DNA of 64,000 nt. Source: Octopus vulgaris (lineage: Eukaryota). Numbering within the stretch: position 1 is the stretch's first letter; each line of letters starts with the position of its first letter. Shown piece by piece: positions 27,193 to 41,310 of this stretch. A program made the position numbers and the translations under genes. The notes beneath the pieces are model-generated. The model saw only the letters and a program-made list of their open reading frames with translations, searched no databases and had not been told where the DNA came from. The stretch lies in NCBI GenBank assembly GCA_951406725.2, contig OX597833.1, positions 67,518,001-67,582,000 on the forward strand. The letters are read 5' to 3'.

Positions 27193-27261
27193 CACTACGA
27201 TCGTTTCATGGCTGTCCAATTCGTAATAATTCGAGTTATGGTTACAGTCAATCTTCAGGTA
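27193..27261 (-). ncRNA. Hammerhead-like motif with extended stem II in a Penelope-type repeat
   Basis: TAC-CTGAAGA-TTGACTGT...ACAGCCAT-GAAAC-GATC-GTA-GTG; palindromic ACGATCGT stem III, GUA cleavage triplet, 3-bp stem I. Confidence 0.55.
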
Positions 27262-27399
27262 ATTGAAATATTTATCTTAGCGAGGTTTATATATACATAT
27301 AATAACAAAGGGTAAAAATAATTGATTAAGGAGTAATCAGTAATTCCACCAAGTAGAATTCGGTATGAAAAAAGACCATTTCATGGTAAGCTTAAGTAA

Positions 27400-27642
27400 T
27401 ACTTTATAATTAGGGTTCAGCAAAGATTTGCTTCACCACATACCGAAGTTTAGAACTAATAACCTAATACCGATTGATTTTCGTTATTTTCCCCTTTTTC
27501 CTGCGTCGATTGTTTTCAAGTACTTTGGTTTTTTCTGGGAGCCCCTTTTAAAGTAGAAGGAATAGCTAAGATTTTTTGACTGCTATTTCTAAACTTCGGT
27601 ATGTGGTGAAGCAAATCTCTGCTGAACCCTAATTATAAAGTA
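27400..27642. repeat. Inverted repeat, 56-bp arms (probable Penelope-type terminus)
   Basis: 27400-27455 tactttataattagggttcagc...gaagtttagaa versus reverse complement at 27587-27642; a diverged solo copy lies at about 43690-43785. Confidence 0.85.
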
Positions 27643-27708
27643 TATATACATATAGATATATATGTACATACATCATACATACATATATATATATATATAG
27701 ATAAATAA

Positions 27709-27759
<51 letters not shown>

Positions 27760-28354
27760 TATAATATGAGAGCGCGTGTGATGGTGTTTTATCGTGGGTT
27801 CAATTCCTCGACAGAGAGGCACGGGTTGTGTTATTTTGAGCAAAACATTTCGTGTATATATATATATATATATAATTCTATATAGACATATACATACCAA
27901 TATATATGACTACATATATGTATATATATATACATATACATACCTTTATACACACTTACACCCATCCACACACACACACACATATATATATATATGAGTA
28001 TATATACGAAAGCTACATTTGTGAAGATCAAGTTTTAACTGATAACTCCTAAGAAACCAACTATAAAGAAATTCTATCAACAGACGAAGGTTAAAAGTAC
28101 AAAAGCAATATATATGTATACGCACGTGTGTACTAGTGTGTGTCTGTGTATTATTCTCATGTATGTATAATTGTATGAGGCATAAATGCTCCTTGTTAAT
28201 GTCATGCTGACATCTAATATTTAATTTTCAAATATTTTATTCTTTAAAAAAAAAAAATGATTGTTTTATTTATTATCTTAAAATTTTAGGTTGTTTTGTA
28301 TCTTTCCCTATCTGTCATCAATCCGTTAATTATTTATATTGACCACTTTTCACT

Positions 28355-29660
28355 CGCTCACTCTCTCTTCTCTCTCTCTCTCACTCTCTCTCTCTCACAC
28401 ACACACACTCTCTCTCATTCTCTCTCTCTCTCTCTCTCTCTCCTCCGTCTTCGCCTCTCATTCTCTCTCTCTCTCTTCTCCTCCGTCTTCGCCTCTCATT
28501 CTCTCTCTCTCTCTACTCCTCCGTCTTCGCCTCTCATTCTCTCTCTCTTTTCTCCTCTGTCTTCCCCTCTCAGTCTGTCTCTCTTAGTCTCATTCTCTCT
28601 CTCTCATTCTCTCTCTCTCTCTTCTCCTCTGTCTTCCCCTCTCAGTCTGTCTCTCTTAGTCTCATTCTCTCTCTCTCATTCTCTCTCTCTCTCTTTTCTC
28701 CTCTGTCTTCGCCTCTCAGTCTGTCTCTCTTAGTCTCATCCGTCTTCCCCTCTCAGTCTGTCTCTCTTAGTCTCATTCTCTCTCTCTCATTCTCTCTCTC
28801 TCTCTCTTCTCCTCTGTCTTCCCCTCTCAGTCTGTCTCTCTTAGTCTCATTCTCTCTCTCTCATTCTCTCTCTCTCATTCTCTCTCTCTCTTCTCCTCTG
28901 TCTTCCCCTCTCAGTCTGTCTCTCTTAGTCTCATTCTCTCTCTCTCATTCTCTCTCTCTCTCTCTCTTTTCTCCTCTGTCTTCGCCTCTCAGTCTGTCTC
29001 TCTTAGTCTCATCCGTCTTCCCCTCTCAGTCTGTCTCTCTTAGTCTCATTCTCTCTCTCTCATTCTCTCTCTCTCATTCTCTCTCTCTCTCTTTTCTCCT
29101 CTGTCTTCCCCTCTCAGTCTGTCTCTCTTAGTCTCATTCTCTCTCTCTCATTCTCTCTCTCTCTCTTTTCTCCTCCGTCTTCCCCTCTCAGTCTGTCTCT
29201 CTTAGTCTCATTCTCTCTCTCTCATTCTCTCTCTCTCTCTCTTTTCTCCTCTGTCTTCCCCTCTCAGTCTGTCTCTCTTAGTCTCATTCTCTCTCTCTCA
29301 TTCTCTCTCTCTCTCTTCTCTCTCTCTCTTTCTCCTCTGTCTTCCCCTCTCAGTCTGTCTCTCTTAGTCTCATTCTCTCTCTCTCATTCTCTCTCTCTCT
29401 CATTCTCTCTCTCTCTTCTCCTCTGTCTTCCCCTCTCAGTCTGTCTCTCTTAGTCTCATTCTCTCTCTCTCATTCTCTCTCTCTCATTCTCTCTCTCTCA
29501 TTATCTCTCTCTCATTCTCTCTCTCTCTCTCTTCTCCTCTGTCTTCCCCTCTCAGTCTGTCTCTCTTAGTCTCATTCTCTCTCTCTCTCATTCTGTGTCT
29601 CTCTCTCTCATTCTCTCTCTCTCTTTTCTCCTCCGTCTTCCCCTCTCAGTCTGTTCTCTC
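28355..29660 (+). repeat. Pyrimidine-rich minisatellite, about 60-70-bp unit, roughly 20 copies
   Basis: Unit ctcctctgtcttcccctctcagtctgtctctcttagtctcatt(ct)n catt(ct)n. Confidence 0.95.
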
Positions 29661-30134
29661 TTAGCCTCTTTCTCTCCCTCCATCTTTTTTCTAATGGCGC
29701 GTTTTCCCTTATCGCAATTCATCATTTATTTATTTCCTTTCCTCCATTTTTTTTCATCTTTCTTCACAAATATCTTTGTATTTTCTTCTCAGAATCTTTT
29801 GTTCTTTCCTACATACCTTCTCTTTTCCTTCCTGTTTTTCTTCTTATATTCTTGTTTCATTCTTTCCTTCTAATTCTCCAATTCTTCCATTCTATCTTTA
29901 CATCTTTGAACTATTCTTAATCATAAAACCATTCTACAATTCTTATCCAATCCTCTCCTTCTCTTCTCTTTCTTCTTTACCATTACATCCTTTCAACTCC
30001 TCCTATTCCTCTATATTCTCGTGTTTCTTCATTCTTATGTCCTTCTTCTTTTTTCAATTTTCTTTCATTTTTTCTTTGTTTTCTTTTTTTTTTTTCATAA
30101 ATGATATTTATTCTTGAAGGTCAATTTCATCAAC

Positions 30135-30815
30135 ATCACCACGGATACCAGCACCAGCACCAGTACCACCACCACCACCGCCACCACCACCACCACCACC
30201 ACCACCACCACCACCACCACCACCACCACCACCACCACCACCACCATCACCACCACCACCACTACTACCAACAGCACCACCAACTCCAGCACCAGTAACA
30301 CCACCACCACCACCGCCACCACCACCAGCACCATCACCAGTACCACCACCAGCAGCAGCACCACTACCACCACCACCGCCGCCACCACCACCGCCACCAC
30401 CGCCACCACCTACAAAACTACCACCACCATCTCAGCCGACTCCTACAACTAATATGATTCCAGCCGGGACCATCACTACCAACAAGCACATCAACCAGCA
30501 CCGTTAACTTTATGATCAAAACTATCATCATTAAGTCATTGCAATTAGCATTATCGGTAACATCAATATGTGTGTCGTCATCATCCTCATCATCATCATC
30601 ATCGTCGTCGTCGTCATCGTCATAATCATCATTATCATCACCACCACCACCACCACCACCACCACTAGCACCACCATCATCATCATTATTATCATCATCA
30701 TCACTACAAACCACCAACACCACCATCATCATCATCATCATGATTCATCATCATTGTTTCAATCATCACCATCGTCTTCTTCACCAACATCGCCATCTTT
30801 CGCATCACCATCATT
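30135..30815 (+). repeat. (CAC)n and (CAT)n trinucleotide tracts
   Basis: Direct reading. Confidence 0.9.
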
Positions 30816-30911
30816 TTCAGTAATATATTTACCTATATTCTTATTATCATGATCGTATGCCTTTTCTCCTTATGACTTTTATAAACACGTGCACACACAC
30901 ATACACACACA

Positions 30912-30989
<78 letters not shown>

Positions 30990-31004
30990 TTTTATATATA
31001 TATA

Positions 31005-31239
31005 TTCTCTTTTAGTTTTTTACTTGTTTCAGTCATTTGATTGCGGTCATTTTGGAGCAGCGCCTTTAGTCGAGCAAATCGACCCAAGAACTTATTCGTT
31101 GTAAGCCTAGTACTTATTCTATCGGTCCCTATTGCCGAACCGTTAAGTTACGGGGACGTAAGCAAACCAGCATCGGTTGTCAAACGATGTTGGGGGAACA
31201 AACACAGACACACATGCATATACACTCACATACACACAG

Positions 31240-31308
<69 letters not shown>

Positions 31309-31453
31309 TACGACGGGCTTCTTTCAGTTTCCGTCTACCAAATCCACTCACAAGGCTTTGGTCTGCCCGAGGCTATAGTAGAATACACTTGCCCAAGGTG
31401 CCACGCAGTGGGACTGCACCCGGAACCATGTGCCACGTAAGCAAGCTACTTAC

Positions 31454-31456
<3 letters not shown>
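31005..31456 (-). mobile_element. CORE-type SINE (family A)
   Basis: Family A sequence in reverse complement; the head end runs into (CA)n. Confidence 0.9.
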
Positions 31457-31526
<70 letters not shown>

Positions 31527-31527
31527 C

Positions 31528-31570
<43 letters not shown>

Positions 31571-31839
31571 ACATAGGGGCAAGAAATAAACTTAATTAAC
31601 ATAATAACGTTTAAAATACATGCAATGAATCTGTTTATTTCAAACACCACATACCATTACAATTACCATTACAATTTCGGCCCCTCCCTTATTGTTTAAT
31701 TACACAGTGTCAGCAATATAAGCTGCTGGGTTATAAAAAGAGAGGGCGTGGTAGAGGAATAAACCTCTGTAGACCGAATGGTCGATAAAAATAAATTTAG
31801 AGGGAAGCGGGGACACAAGCATATAGACGAAGGCTTTAG

Positions 31840-32338
31840 AGATTGGATTTGTAGTCTTCGAATCAGCTTTCTCCTTTCTGGTTTTGAGAAGTCTAATTTC
31901 TCAAGACTGGTATTTAGGCAGTATGTCACATATCACAGTGCCCCAATAATTAGAGGTATAAACTAGAACATGGATAGAGTAACTGAAGATCTCTCAAGGC
32001 GCAAGAGTGGCTGTGTGGTAAGTAGCTTGCTTACCAACCATATGGTTCCGGGTTCAGTCCCACTGCGTAGCATCTTGGGTAAGTGTCTTCTGCTATAGCC
32101 CCGGGCCGACCAATGCCTTGTGAGTGGATTTGGTAGACGGAAACTGAAAGAAGCCCGTCGTATATATGTATATGTAGGCGCAGGAGTGGCTGTGTGGTAA
32201 GTAGCTTGCTAACCAACCACATGGTTCCGGGTTCAGTCCCACTGCGTGGCATCTTGGCCAAGTGTCTTCTGCTATAGCCCCGGGCCGACCAATGCCTTGT
32301 GAGTGGATTTGGTAGACAGAAACTGAAAGAAGCCCGTC

Positions 32339-32389
<51 letters not shown>

Positions 32390-32750
32390 TGTGTGTGTTT
32401 GTGTGTCTGTGTTTGTCCCACTAGCATTGCTTGACAACAGATGCTGGTGTGTTTATGTCCCCGTCACTTAGCGGTTCGGCAAAAGAAACCGATAGAATAA
32501 GTACTGGGATTACAAAGAATAAGTCCAGGTGTCGATCTGCTCGACTAAAGGCGGTGCTCCAGCATGGCCGCGGTCAAATGACTGAAACAAGTAAAGAGAG
32601 AGTTCAGTGTAGGTATTCTCTTTTTCAGTTATCTTCAGATTTATCTTGAAACTCGCTGGGCAGCTAGTTTGCACCACTCTACACAGTTATTGTCCTCTAT
32701 CCCAAATCATTACATCAGGTCTGTTGTGCTTTCATTTTATTGAAGTCTTC
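31840..32750 (-). mobile_element. Decayed RLE-type LINE endonuclease fragment, split by a SINE
   Basis: 32750-32601 reads [28 protein letters not shown] and continues at 31997 with LRDLQLLYP..FIPLIIGAL*YVT.CL..LEKL..LIRRLQIQS. Confidence 0.8.
31998..32600 (+). mobile_element. Family A SINE with two tandem head+CORE units
   Basis: Heads at 31998 and 32177 (179 bp apart), one tail. Confidence 0.92.
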
Positions 32751-32983
32751 ACTTGTACGTATATATATGTATGTATGTCATTTGACATATACATCATGGT
32801 GAAGTTGAATAACATCAGAACAACAACAACAGAAGATATAAGGATAGCAAATATTCAATGCCAACATTCTACTGGTTCTTCCAACTCGTTGCTTCTTGAT
32901 CTGCTACAAACATTAGCCATATCTAACGGAAATTGTATTGCAGCGATAGAATATCCACTTAATTGCATACATGCATGTATATA

Positions 32984-33066
<83 letters not shown>

Positions 33067-33105
33067 GTATATATATATGTATATATATATATATGTATAT
33101 ATGTA

Positions 33106-33175
<70 letters not shown>

Positions 33176-33613
33176 AATATATATATGTATAGGTGTATAT
33201 ATATATATATATATACATATATGGGTGGGGTATGCATGTGTGCATATATTGAATCCGCTGTCACGCACATTTTCTGATAAGACAACTCATAATAAGGTTC
33301 CCCATCACCACAACTACCACCACCACCACCAAAACCACTACCAACGACACCGCTAACATCGTCGTCGTCACCATCACCATCATCATCATCATCATCACTA
33401 CTATCACCATCATCACCATCATCACCATCGTCATCATCATCGTCATCACCATCCTCATCATCATCATCATCTCTCTCCTGCCATTACTGTTAGTTTGACT
33501 TCGATATCTGTTCCTATATATACCGAATGACATTTAAAATCTTACGCTCCATTGTTGAACAGCTTTCAATGATTGAAAAACACAATTATATATATACACA
33601 CTGGCATACATAC

Positions 33614-33644
<31 letters not shown>

Positions 33645-33987
33645 CATACATACATACATACATACATACATGCATACATACGTACATACATACATTCATA
33701 CATACATACATGCATACATATATATATACATTCATTCATACTTACATTCATTTATACATACATATATTTATACAGGTATACATATTTATACAGGTATACA
33801 TACGCACATGTATACGCATATACACGAGCACGCATATATATACATATATATATATATGCGTAGGGAGAGTTTACGAAAAAACAAATATATATATATATGT
33901 ATATATACATGATATATGTATATATGATATAATATATATATATATAAATATAATATATATATATATAATACACACACACACACACAC

Positions 33988-34033
<46 letters not shown>

Positions 34034-34545
34034 ACAAAAATAAACATAGAGAGAAACACGTTGACATGTTGCGGATTTTCACAAATTCGCACAACAATAT
34101 GGCTCCGAAGCCACGACAAAACACGGAGCGATATATATATAAATAGTATTGATATCAGCGTAGAGTATAACTAGTATTTATATTAATGTTCATCTATGTT
34201 TCCAACTGATTTCTTCCTTATCAGCAATTTTATTATTTGCGAAACAGCAAGGTGATTTGTTTTTTGTTTTTTTTTTATTCTTCGTTTTATTCTGTTTTAT
34301 TACTGTACGTTATTGCAATATTAAGATTTTATTGTTTCTAGAAAATACTCAGGGTCTGTGTATGTATGTGTGTGTGTGCGTTAGAAAGAAAGAAAGAGAG
34401 AGAGAGAGGGAGAGGGAGAAAGAGACGAAGAGAAATGGGGAGTGAGAGAATGAGTGTATAATGTTGGGGAGGTGTACAAGAAAGCCTGCACATACATCCT
34501 ACACGTTGATATACGTGATTGCTTTTTGTGTGTTTATTTGCCCGA

Positions 34546-34614
<69 letters not shown>

Positions 34615-34825
34615 AGTAATTGTGTGAATATGTGTGTGTGTATACAAGTACACACTCTCAAATTATAAAAGTTTCTTTCAGTACCAGTACACATATGTTC
34701 ATATATGTTTATGTATATATATTTGTGTATACATCTGTATATCTGTACCGGTGTTTATATATGTATGTATATGTATATATGTATATATATATATATATAC
34801 ATACACACACACACGCACATACACG

Positions 34826-34904
<79 letters not shown>

Positions 34905-35321
34905 GTGTGTATAGTTTCTATACACAGCAGGTTTTCTTTGTTTCTTAGCTCCACCTTCACAAATACGTCAATGGCTGCCTACGTCTTCGACGAAGTTTAT
35001 CAGTCCAGTTCACTTTTAATATTTCACTTCCTGACTTCCACAGACAAACGAAGCATTGTATAGGGTTTCGCATTATACCTCTTTATCTCACTTACCTTTT
35101 ACTACGCCGTTGCGTTATGGATGTCTTTGTCACGCAGCTATTGTTCAATCACCTCATTCTTTGCTTCTATGCAATTAGTCTAATGCTTCCGTGTCTTTTG
35201 TTTTTCATATCTTACTTAAGGTAAACAAAAATATAAAAAGACGCGCGCCATTTTGTAATTTTACTTTTGTATAATACATCCCATATTCGCATAATTCTAA
35301 TAATGAATGAATTATAGTTAA

Positions 35322-35871
35322 AATATTGTTATATTTCGGAATGGTCATTTTGCCAGTTTAGCCAATAAAAACACACGCACTATATATTTCATGTTATTTT
35401 GCTTTAGTGTTACTCTTTTACTCTTTTACTCTTTTACTTGTTTCAGTCATTTGACTGCGGCCATGCTGCAGCACCGCCTTTTTAGTCGAGCAAATCGACC
35501 CCGGGACTTATTCTTTGTAAGCCCAGTACTTATTCTATCGGTCTCTTTTGCCGAACCGCTAAGTGACGGGGACGTAAACACACCAGCATCGGTTGTCAAG
35601 CAATGCTACGGGGACAAACACACACACACACACATACACATATATACATATATATACATATATACGACAGGCTTCTTTCAGTTTCCGTCTACCAAATCCA
35701 CTCACAAGGCATTGGTCGGCCCGGGGCTATAGCAGAAGACACTTGCCCAAGATGCCACGCAGTGGGACTGAACCCGGAACCATGTGGTTGGTTAGCAAGC
35801 TGCTTACCACACAGCCACTCCTACGCCTTATTTATTTTTTTTACATTAATCTTAATCTTATTTCGGCCAGA
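35322..35871. mobile_element. Solo partial copy of the 15.5-kb fold-back arm, interrupted by a family A SINE
   Basis: 35322-35412 and 35828-35871 join to give the 15472-15593 arm; tta is duplicated at the SINE insertion point. Confidence 0.85.
35413..35827 (-). mobile_element. CORE-type SINE (family A), full length
   Basis: Complete head to (ctctttta)n tail. Confidence 0.93.
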
Positions 35872-36439
35872 AAAGAAGAAACCTGGGGAGAAGACTACTT
35901 TGCGTATTAAGGGCTCCCGTACATTTAGGAGTATCCCATCATTGATTCTGTGTCCATTTCCTGGGTGGGGCGTCTCTTCTCATTCCTTTATATATTTGAT
36001 ACTGTTTTTTTTTTCTGTTGTTATTTCCGCCATTTTTTCTTCATAACCGATTTTTCGTAAACCTAAAACTTTCGGTTTATCTAAGGAACACCTTATGGCA
36101 AATAAATAACAGGAATTCCAAGAAACAATATTTGTTCCGGCTTTGTCCAGCTTTGTCGTTCTTCCTTGTAAGGTTAATTAACATAGTACTAATGGAATAT
36201 TAATATCGACGGTAACGACTTACCATTCCTCAGAAAAACTGCGAGCCGTACACTCAAACTTGAAGCAATTATTAATCGTATTTTTACAAAACTGTTGTCT
36301 CTTTTTACTATTTAAGTTCTGAATTCATATACCGTCGATACCAACTTTAGCTTTCATCCTTTCTAGAATTGATGACGACAGTTCGGACAAACTCATTCTC
36401 AATATCCTCTCCTTGTGCCTGATTCAAGAACCATGAGTT

Positions 36440-36855
36440 ACTCTTTTACTCTTTTACTTGTTTCAGTCATTTGACTGCGGCCATGCTGGAGCACCGCCTT
36501 TAGTCGAGCAAATCGACCCCGGGACTTATTCTTTGTGAGCCCAGTACTTATTCTATCATTCTCTTTTGCCGAACCGCTAAATGACGGGGACGTAAACACA
36601 CCAGCATCCGTTGTCAAGCAATTCTAGGGAGACAAACACAGACACACAAACATATACACACACACTTATATATATATATATATACATATATACGACAGGT
36701 TTCTTTCAGTTTCCGTCTACCAAATCCACTCACAAGGCATTAGTCGGTCCGGGGCTATAGCAGAAGACACTTGCCCAAGGTGCCACGCAGTGGGACTGGA
36801 CCCGGAACCATGTGGTTGGTTAGCAAGCTACTTACCACACAGCCACTCCTGCGCC
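36440..36855 (-). mobile_element. CORE-type SINE (family A), full length
   Basis: Complete head to tail in reverse complement. Confidence 0.93.
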
Positions 36856-37707
36856 TAGAGTTCTAAGATTTGTTTTAGTGTTGTTTGCTTCGTGGGTTGT
36901 GACGTAAATCAATTTACCTGCAGGAATCGAAGTAGATGAAGCTATAAATAATATTTTGTATAAAAGTGGATTAACAATGTCGAGTGCTGCCCAATCGTAG
37001 ATTTATCCATTTAGTTTTCCATCGTTAAAACAATTTGAATACATGCAAACGGTTTAAACTGATTTTGGAGTTAAATAAATTTCTCAGACGTAGAGAGGGC
37101 CGCATTTAGTTTTTGAAAACGCCGTGTGGAAAGCAACTCTTCTCAGAGAAAGACACTCGACATAAAACATACAGTCAAGAGAGTATACTGGTCACCTTTT
37201 GTATACTACTAGTTTTTCCAATTTCCTTTCGTTTAATTCTCGTATTCTACTTGTACCATTTTTCTTTATTCGCTCTATAATACATTTTCGCTTTTCCCAT
37301 TTGAGATTCTTTAGTAAGTTGAATTATTTTGACTTCTGAACTTTCTATCAAATAATTTTTTTTTATTATTATTATGTGTTTGTCTCTGCAATGATGCTAA
37401 AAAGTATTATGATGCCAACTGTAGCGAACCAACAAGTGTCATCCCCTGCTCATATACCAGATAGTCAACCAAGCACCTCAAATTACATAGAAATTACATA
37501 GAAATAGTTTAATATTCATACATATTATATATTTAAATATTAACTTATTAGATGGTATCTATGGAGATTGGTCAATTTGATTTTACTGGTATTTAATGAT
37601 GGAGCACTGAGGCTTAAAAAACATGGTTTTAATCACCTTATTTTGAAATTGTATGGATAATACCGTACTAAATTCTGGTGCCTGAACCTAAGTACCATAT
37701 CATCTGA

Positions 37708-37774
<67 letters not shown>

Positions 37775-37830
37775 TATAAGCATACATACAATATATAAAT
37801 ATATAAATATATATAAATATATATATATAA

Positions 37831-37925
<95 letters not shown>

Positions 37926-38591
37926 TAGAAACACATACATATGGAAAGGTACTCAGACACATTTAATATCTACGTACATAAGAGATCGTTGCTGATGGTG
38001 AGGGCCGGCATTTAGAGCGATATGACGGATCTATGTTAGGGTAGATAATGGGAAGAACAGGACCAATCCATAAAGCCAATATCAGAGAGGTCCTTAGCGG
38101 TGTTCATAGTGGATCTGGTCGAGGAGAAGCAACAACCTCCCTACCACTTGAAGGCAATATTTTTGCAGTTTAACGCAAAGGTAAGTAAATATTAGTAAAT
38201 CATTGTGGCACGCTTGGCGTTTCACCGCTACCATGATCAGCTTTGCTATTCTTAAGCATAATTTTTAAGGGAATTAGTTTGAAAGGGAATTAGTTCGGAA
38301 TAGGTAGCATCTCGAAGTAGTTTGGATGCTTCGAAAGGTTTTCAACTGTGTTTTGGGGTTGAATAGATTTCCCAGAAGTAGAGAGGGGTTTCAGTTAGTG
38401 TTTGAAACAGCTGTAAGAAAGGCAGCTGTTCTAGGAGAAAGATACTCGATATCAAGCATGCAGTCAAAATAGAACTAGTCATCTTGCGATGCTTGTCGCT
38501 TGAATCTAATATGGCGACCGCAAGAGTGACAAATGTGATGTAAAATGGTAAGAACATGTGACAGGTACCACAAGACACGATGACACAATCA

Positions 38592-38633
<42 letters not shown>

Positions 38634-38639
38634 TATATT

Positions 38640-38880
38640 CAAAAAACAAAAAAAAAACCAGGACCAAGACGGTTGTGTTAACAACAAGCAGATATATTAG
38701 TTTAAAGCTCGGGAAGTGAGAATGTCTTTTAACAATTCGAGCCTACGCTCTTCGACAGAAAGGAACACAGAAATAAACAGGGAGAGAAAATAAAGGCTTA
38801 GTGGCCACGGATCTATTATGGCGAATGCCAGACTGAAGGGTCACACAGGAGTGCTAGGAAGAAGGGGAGATAATTACGTA
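38640..38880 (-). mobile_element. Penelope-type repeat with CTGTCGAA hammerhead-like motif
   Basis: Minus strand ttctgtcgaagagcgtaggctcgaattgttaaaa; homologous to the 44282-44566 arms and 45015-45210. Confidence 0.65.
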
Positions 38881-38969
38881 GTGGTCATATATGTATACAC
38901 ATATATATACACATACATATTTATATACAGACATATATATATATATATGTATGTATATATATAAATATA

Positions 38970-39155
38970 GTTAATCCAAACAAGAAAACACAAAAAAACA
39001 CAACAACGCGAGAACGTAGAACAAATATAGTATTATTGGACGCTCAGGAACGAAGGGAAGAAGGAGGGTTAAACGTTTCGAGCGGAGCTCTTCGTCGGAA
39101 ACATAGGAAAAGGAAAGATCCAGAGAAGGGAAGACAGAGGAAAAAAATCGCCAAC

Positions 39156-39157
<2 letters not shown>
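38970..39157 (-). mobile_element. Related Penelope-type repeat with hammerhead-like motif
   Basis: Minus strand gtttccgacgaagagctccgctcgaaacgttt (CCGACGAA-GAGC TCC GCTC-GAAAC); flanked by (TA)n. Confidence 0.65.
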
Positions 39158-39237
<80 letters not shown>

Positions 39238-39572
39238 CATCCATGTATGTATTTATGTAAGTATGTAAGTGTGTATGTACTTGTGTGCGTGGCTGCGTAT
39301 GCTGGTGTGCGCGTGCAGGTAAGGGTGTGTTCTCACCATAAGTGGTGAAAATCGTGAAAATATCTCGAAAAACGGAAGTTAACGGAAACTAGAGCAATAT
39401 TAAATACATATACACAGACAACACTAACGTACACACATACATAACATCCACACGCACAAGCATAGAAAAACCTACACGCAGACAGTGCAGACACCTATCC
39501 ATACAAACATACACACATATATATATATACATATATATAGATGAATGTATATACATATATATATATATATAC

Positions 39573-39615
<43 letters not shown>

Positions 39616-39984
39616 AACACATATACACTCCACACGCAGCCCCACACGAACATATATATATATACGTATACATGGGTGTGTATTTACTTATGTACATACC
39701 CTATAATTACAACAATGTACTAATCGGTATATGGGCACATATATATAGATGTTATTATTAAGATTAAATGTCATTTCTTTCCAACATTGCTACTTAAAAT
39801 TTTCAATTTCGTCATAAAACATATTTTATACAATTTCTCTAAAAAAGCCATTCAGAGACTAATTTTCCATTTTCATATAAAATGGTTTTCTTCATGAAAA
39901 CGAACATTTAATGCTATTATTATAATCTGTGTTTTTATTACATATATGTATTTTTTTAATATTTCAATAATGGTAATATTCACT

Positions 39985-40012
39985 TCATCATTGCTATTAC
40001 TATTGCAATTAC

Positions 40013-40061
<49 letters not shown>

Positions 40062-40095
40062 GTTGTTATTGTTGTTGTTGTAGATGTTGTTGTTG

Positions 40096-40139
<44 letters not shown>

Positions 40140-40250
40140 GTTGTTGTTCTTTTTATTATTATTATTGTTGTTGTTGTTGTTATTATTATTGTTGTTGTTG
40201 TTATTATTATTATTATTATTTTTATTATTGTTGTTGTTATTATTATTATA

Positions 40251-40286
<36 letters not shown>

Positions 40287-40325
40287 GATGTTGTTGTTGT
40301 TGTTAACACTGTCATTGTTATTGCC
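39985..40325 (+). repeat. (TTA)n/(TTG)n microsatellite
   Basis: Direct reading. Confidence 0.9.
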
Positions 40326-40446
40326 ACTATTACGTTTATTATAATTCGTAAAAAAAGTGCTTTGCCTTTCGTTGATAAACGTTCATATCGTTAGAATGTA
40401 TTTAATTAAAACATTCTGAAGTCGCTCACAGACTGACAGGCCTGTG

Positions 40447-40512
<66 letters not shown>

Positions 40513-40839
40513 ACATATATATATGTATGTATGTATATATATATATACATATTTATATATGTGTGTTTATTCTGTGTGCATGTGTGTGTTAGTATTTGTG
40601 TGTTTGCTTTTGTGTGTGTGTTTGTGGAGGTGTGTGTATTTGTGCATGTGTGTGCCTGTGTGTGTGTTTGTGTAGGTATGTTTGTTTGTGCGTGTGTGTA
40701 CTTGTGTGCGCGTGGTGTGTTTGTGTGCGTGTGTGTATATATACATCTATATATTAGTGTGATGTATGCATAAATGTGCTAACGTCTGGCTGAGTACACC
40801 AGGACATTTATTTATTTTTCCTGTATTCCTTATCAGCTA

Positions 40840-41310
40840 TTGAATTCTGAGATCGTTCGGAACCAGAAAACAAAAGATACCATGGTATTTCCCTAGAGAA
40901 TTTACATTCTCAGTCACTTGGTACCTTGCTTCCAACTGTGGTTACCGCAGAGTGTCAAACTGGTAGCGGAACTTGTAGGCAATCCAGCGCCACTACACAA
41001 AGAAGATTGAATCGATACAACGGAAGTGTTCCTGGGTTAGGCTAAAGGAATTGGTCTCCACTCTCTAGGGAGAACGCGTGAAATATGTGCGGTCATATAC
41101 ATATGGAAGATATTGGAATACCTAGCTCCCAGATTTGGAAAGGAAAGCTATACCAAACACTCGACGACACTTCATAATGACAAATATCTTGTCTCAACTT
41201 AGAATAAGACCCTTTAGTGTCTTTAGTGTAACGACTTGGGTTTCAAGGGACCACAACTATTTATCATCCAGCCAACCACCCTCAGAAATTTGTAAGATCT
41301 AACTGTGGAA
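40840..41310 (+). mobile_element. Decayed CR1/L2-like LINE ORF2 C-terminal fragment
   Basis: ILRSFGTR; CFQLWLP; IQRHYTKKI; RLKEL; IYIWKILE; FKGPQLF segments with frameshifts. Confidence 0.7.

Noticed and set aside
30095-30852. Poly-His, poly-Thr (mucin-like) and poly-Asp ORFs
   Set aside because: Near-pure (CAC)n/(CAT)n tracts open in several frames, with little codon degeneracy and no splice context.
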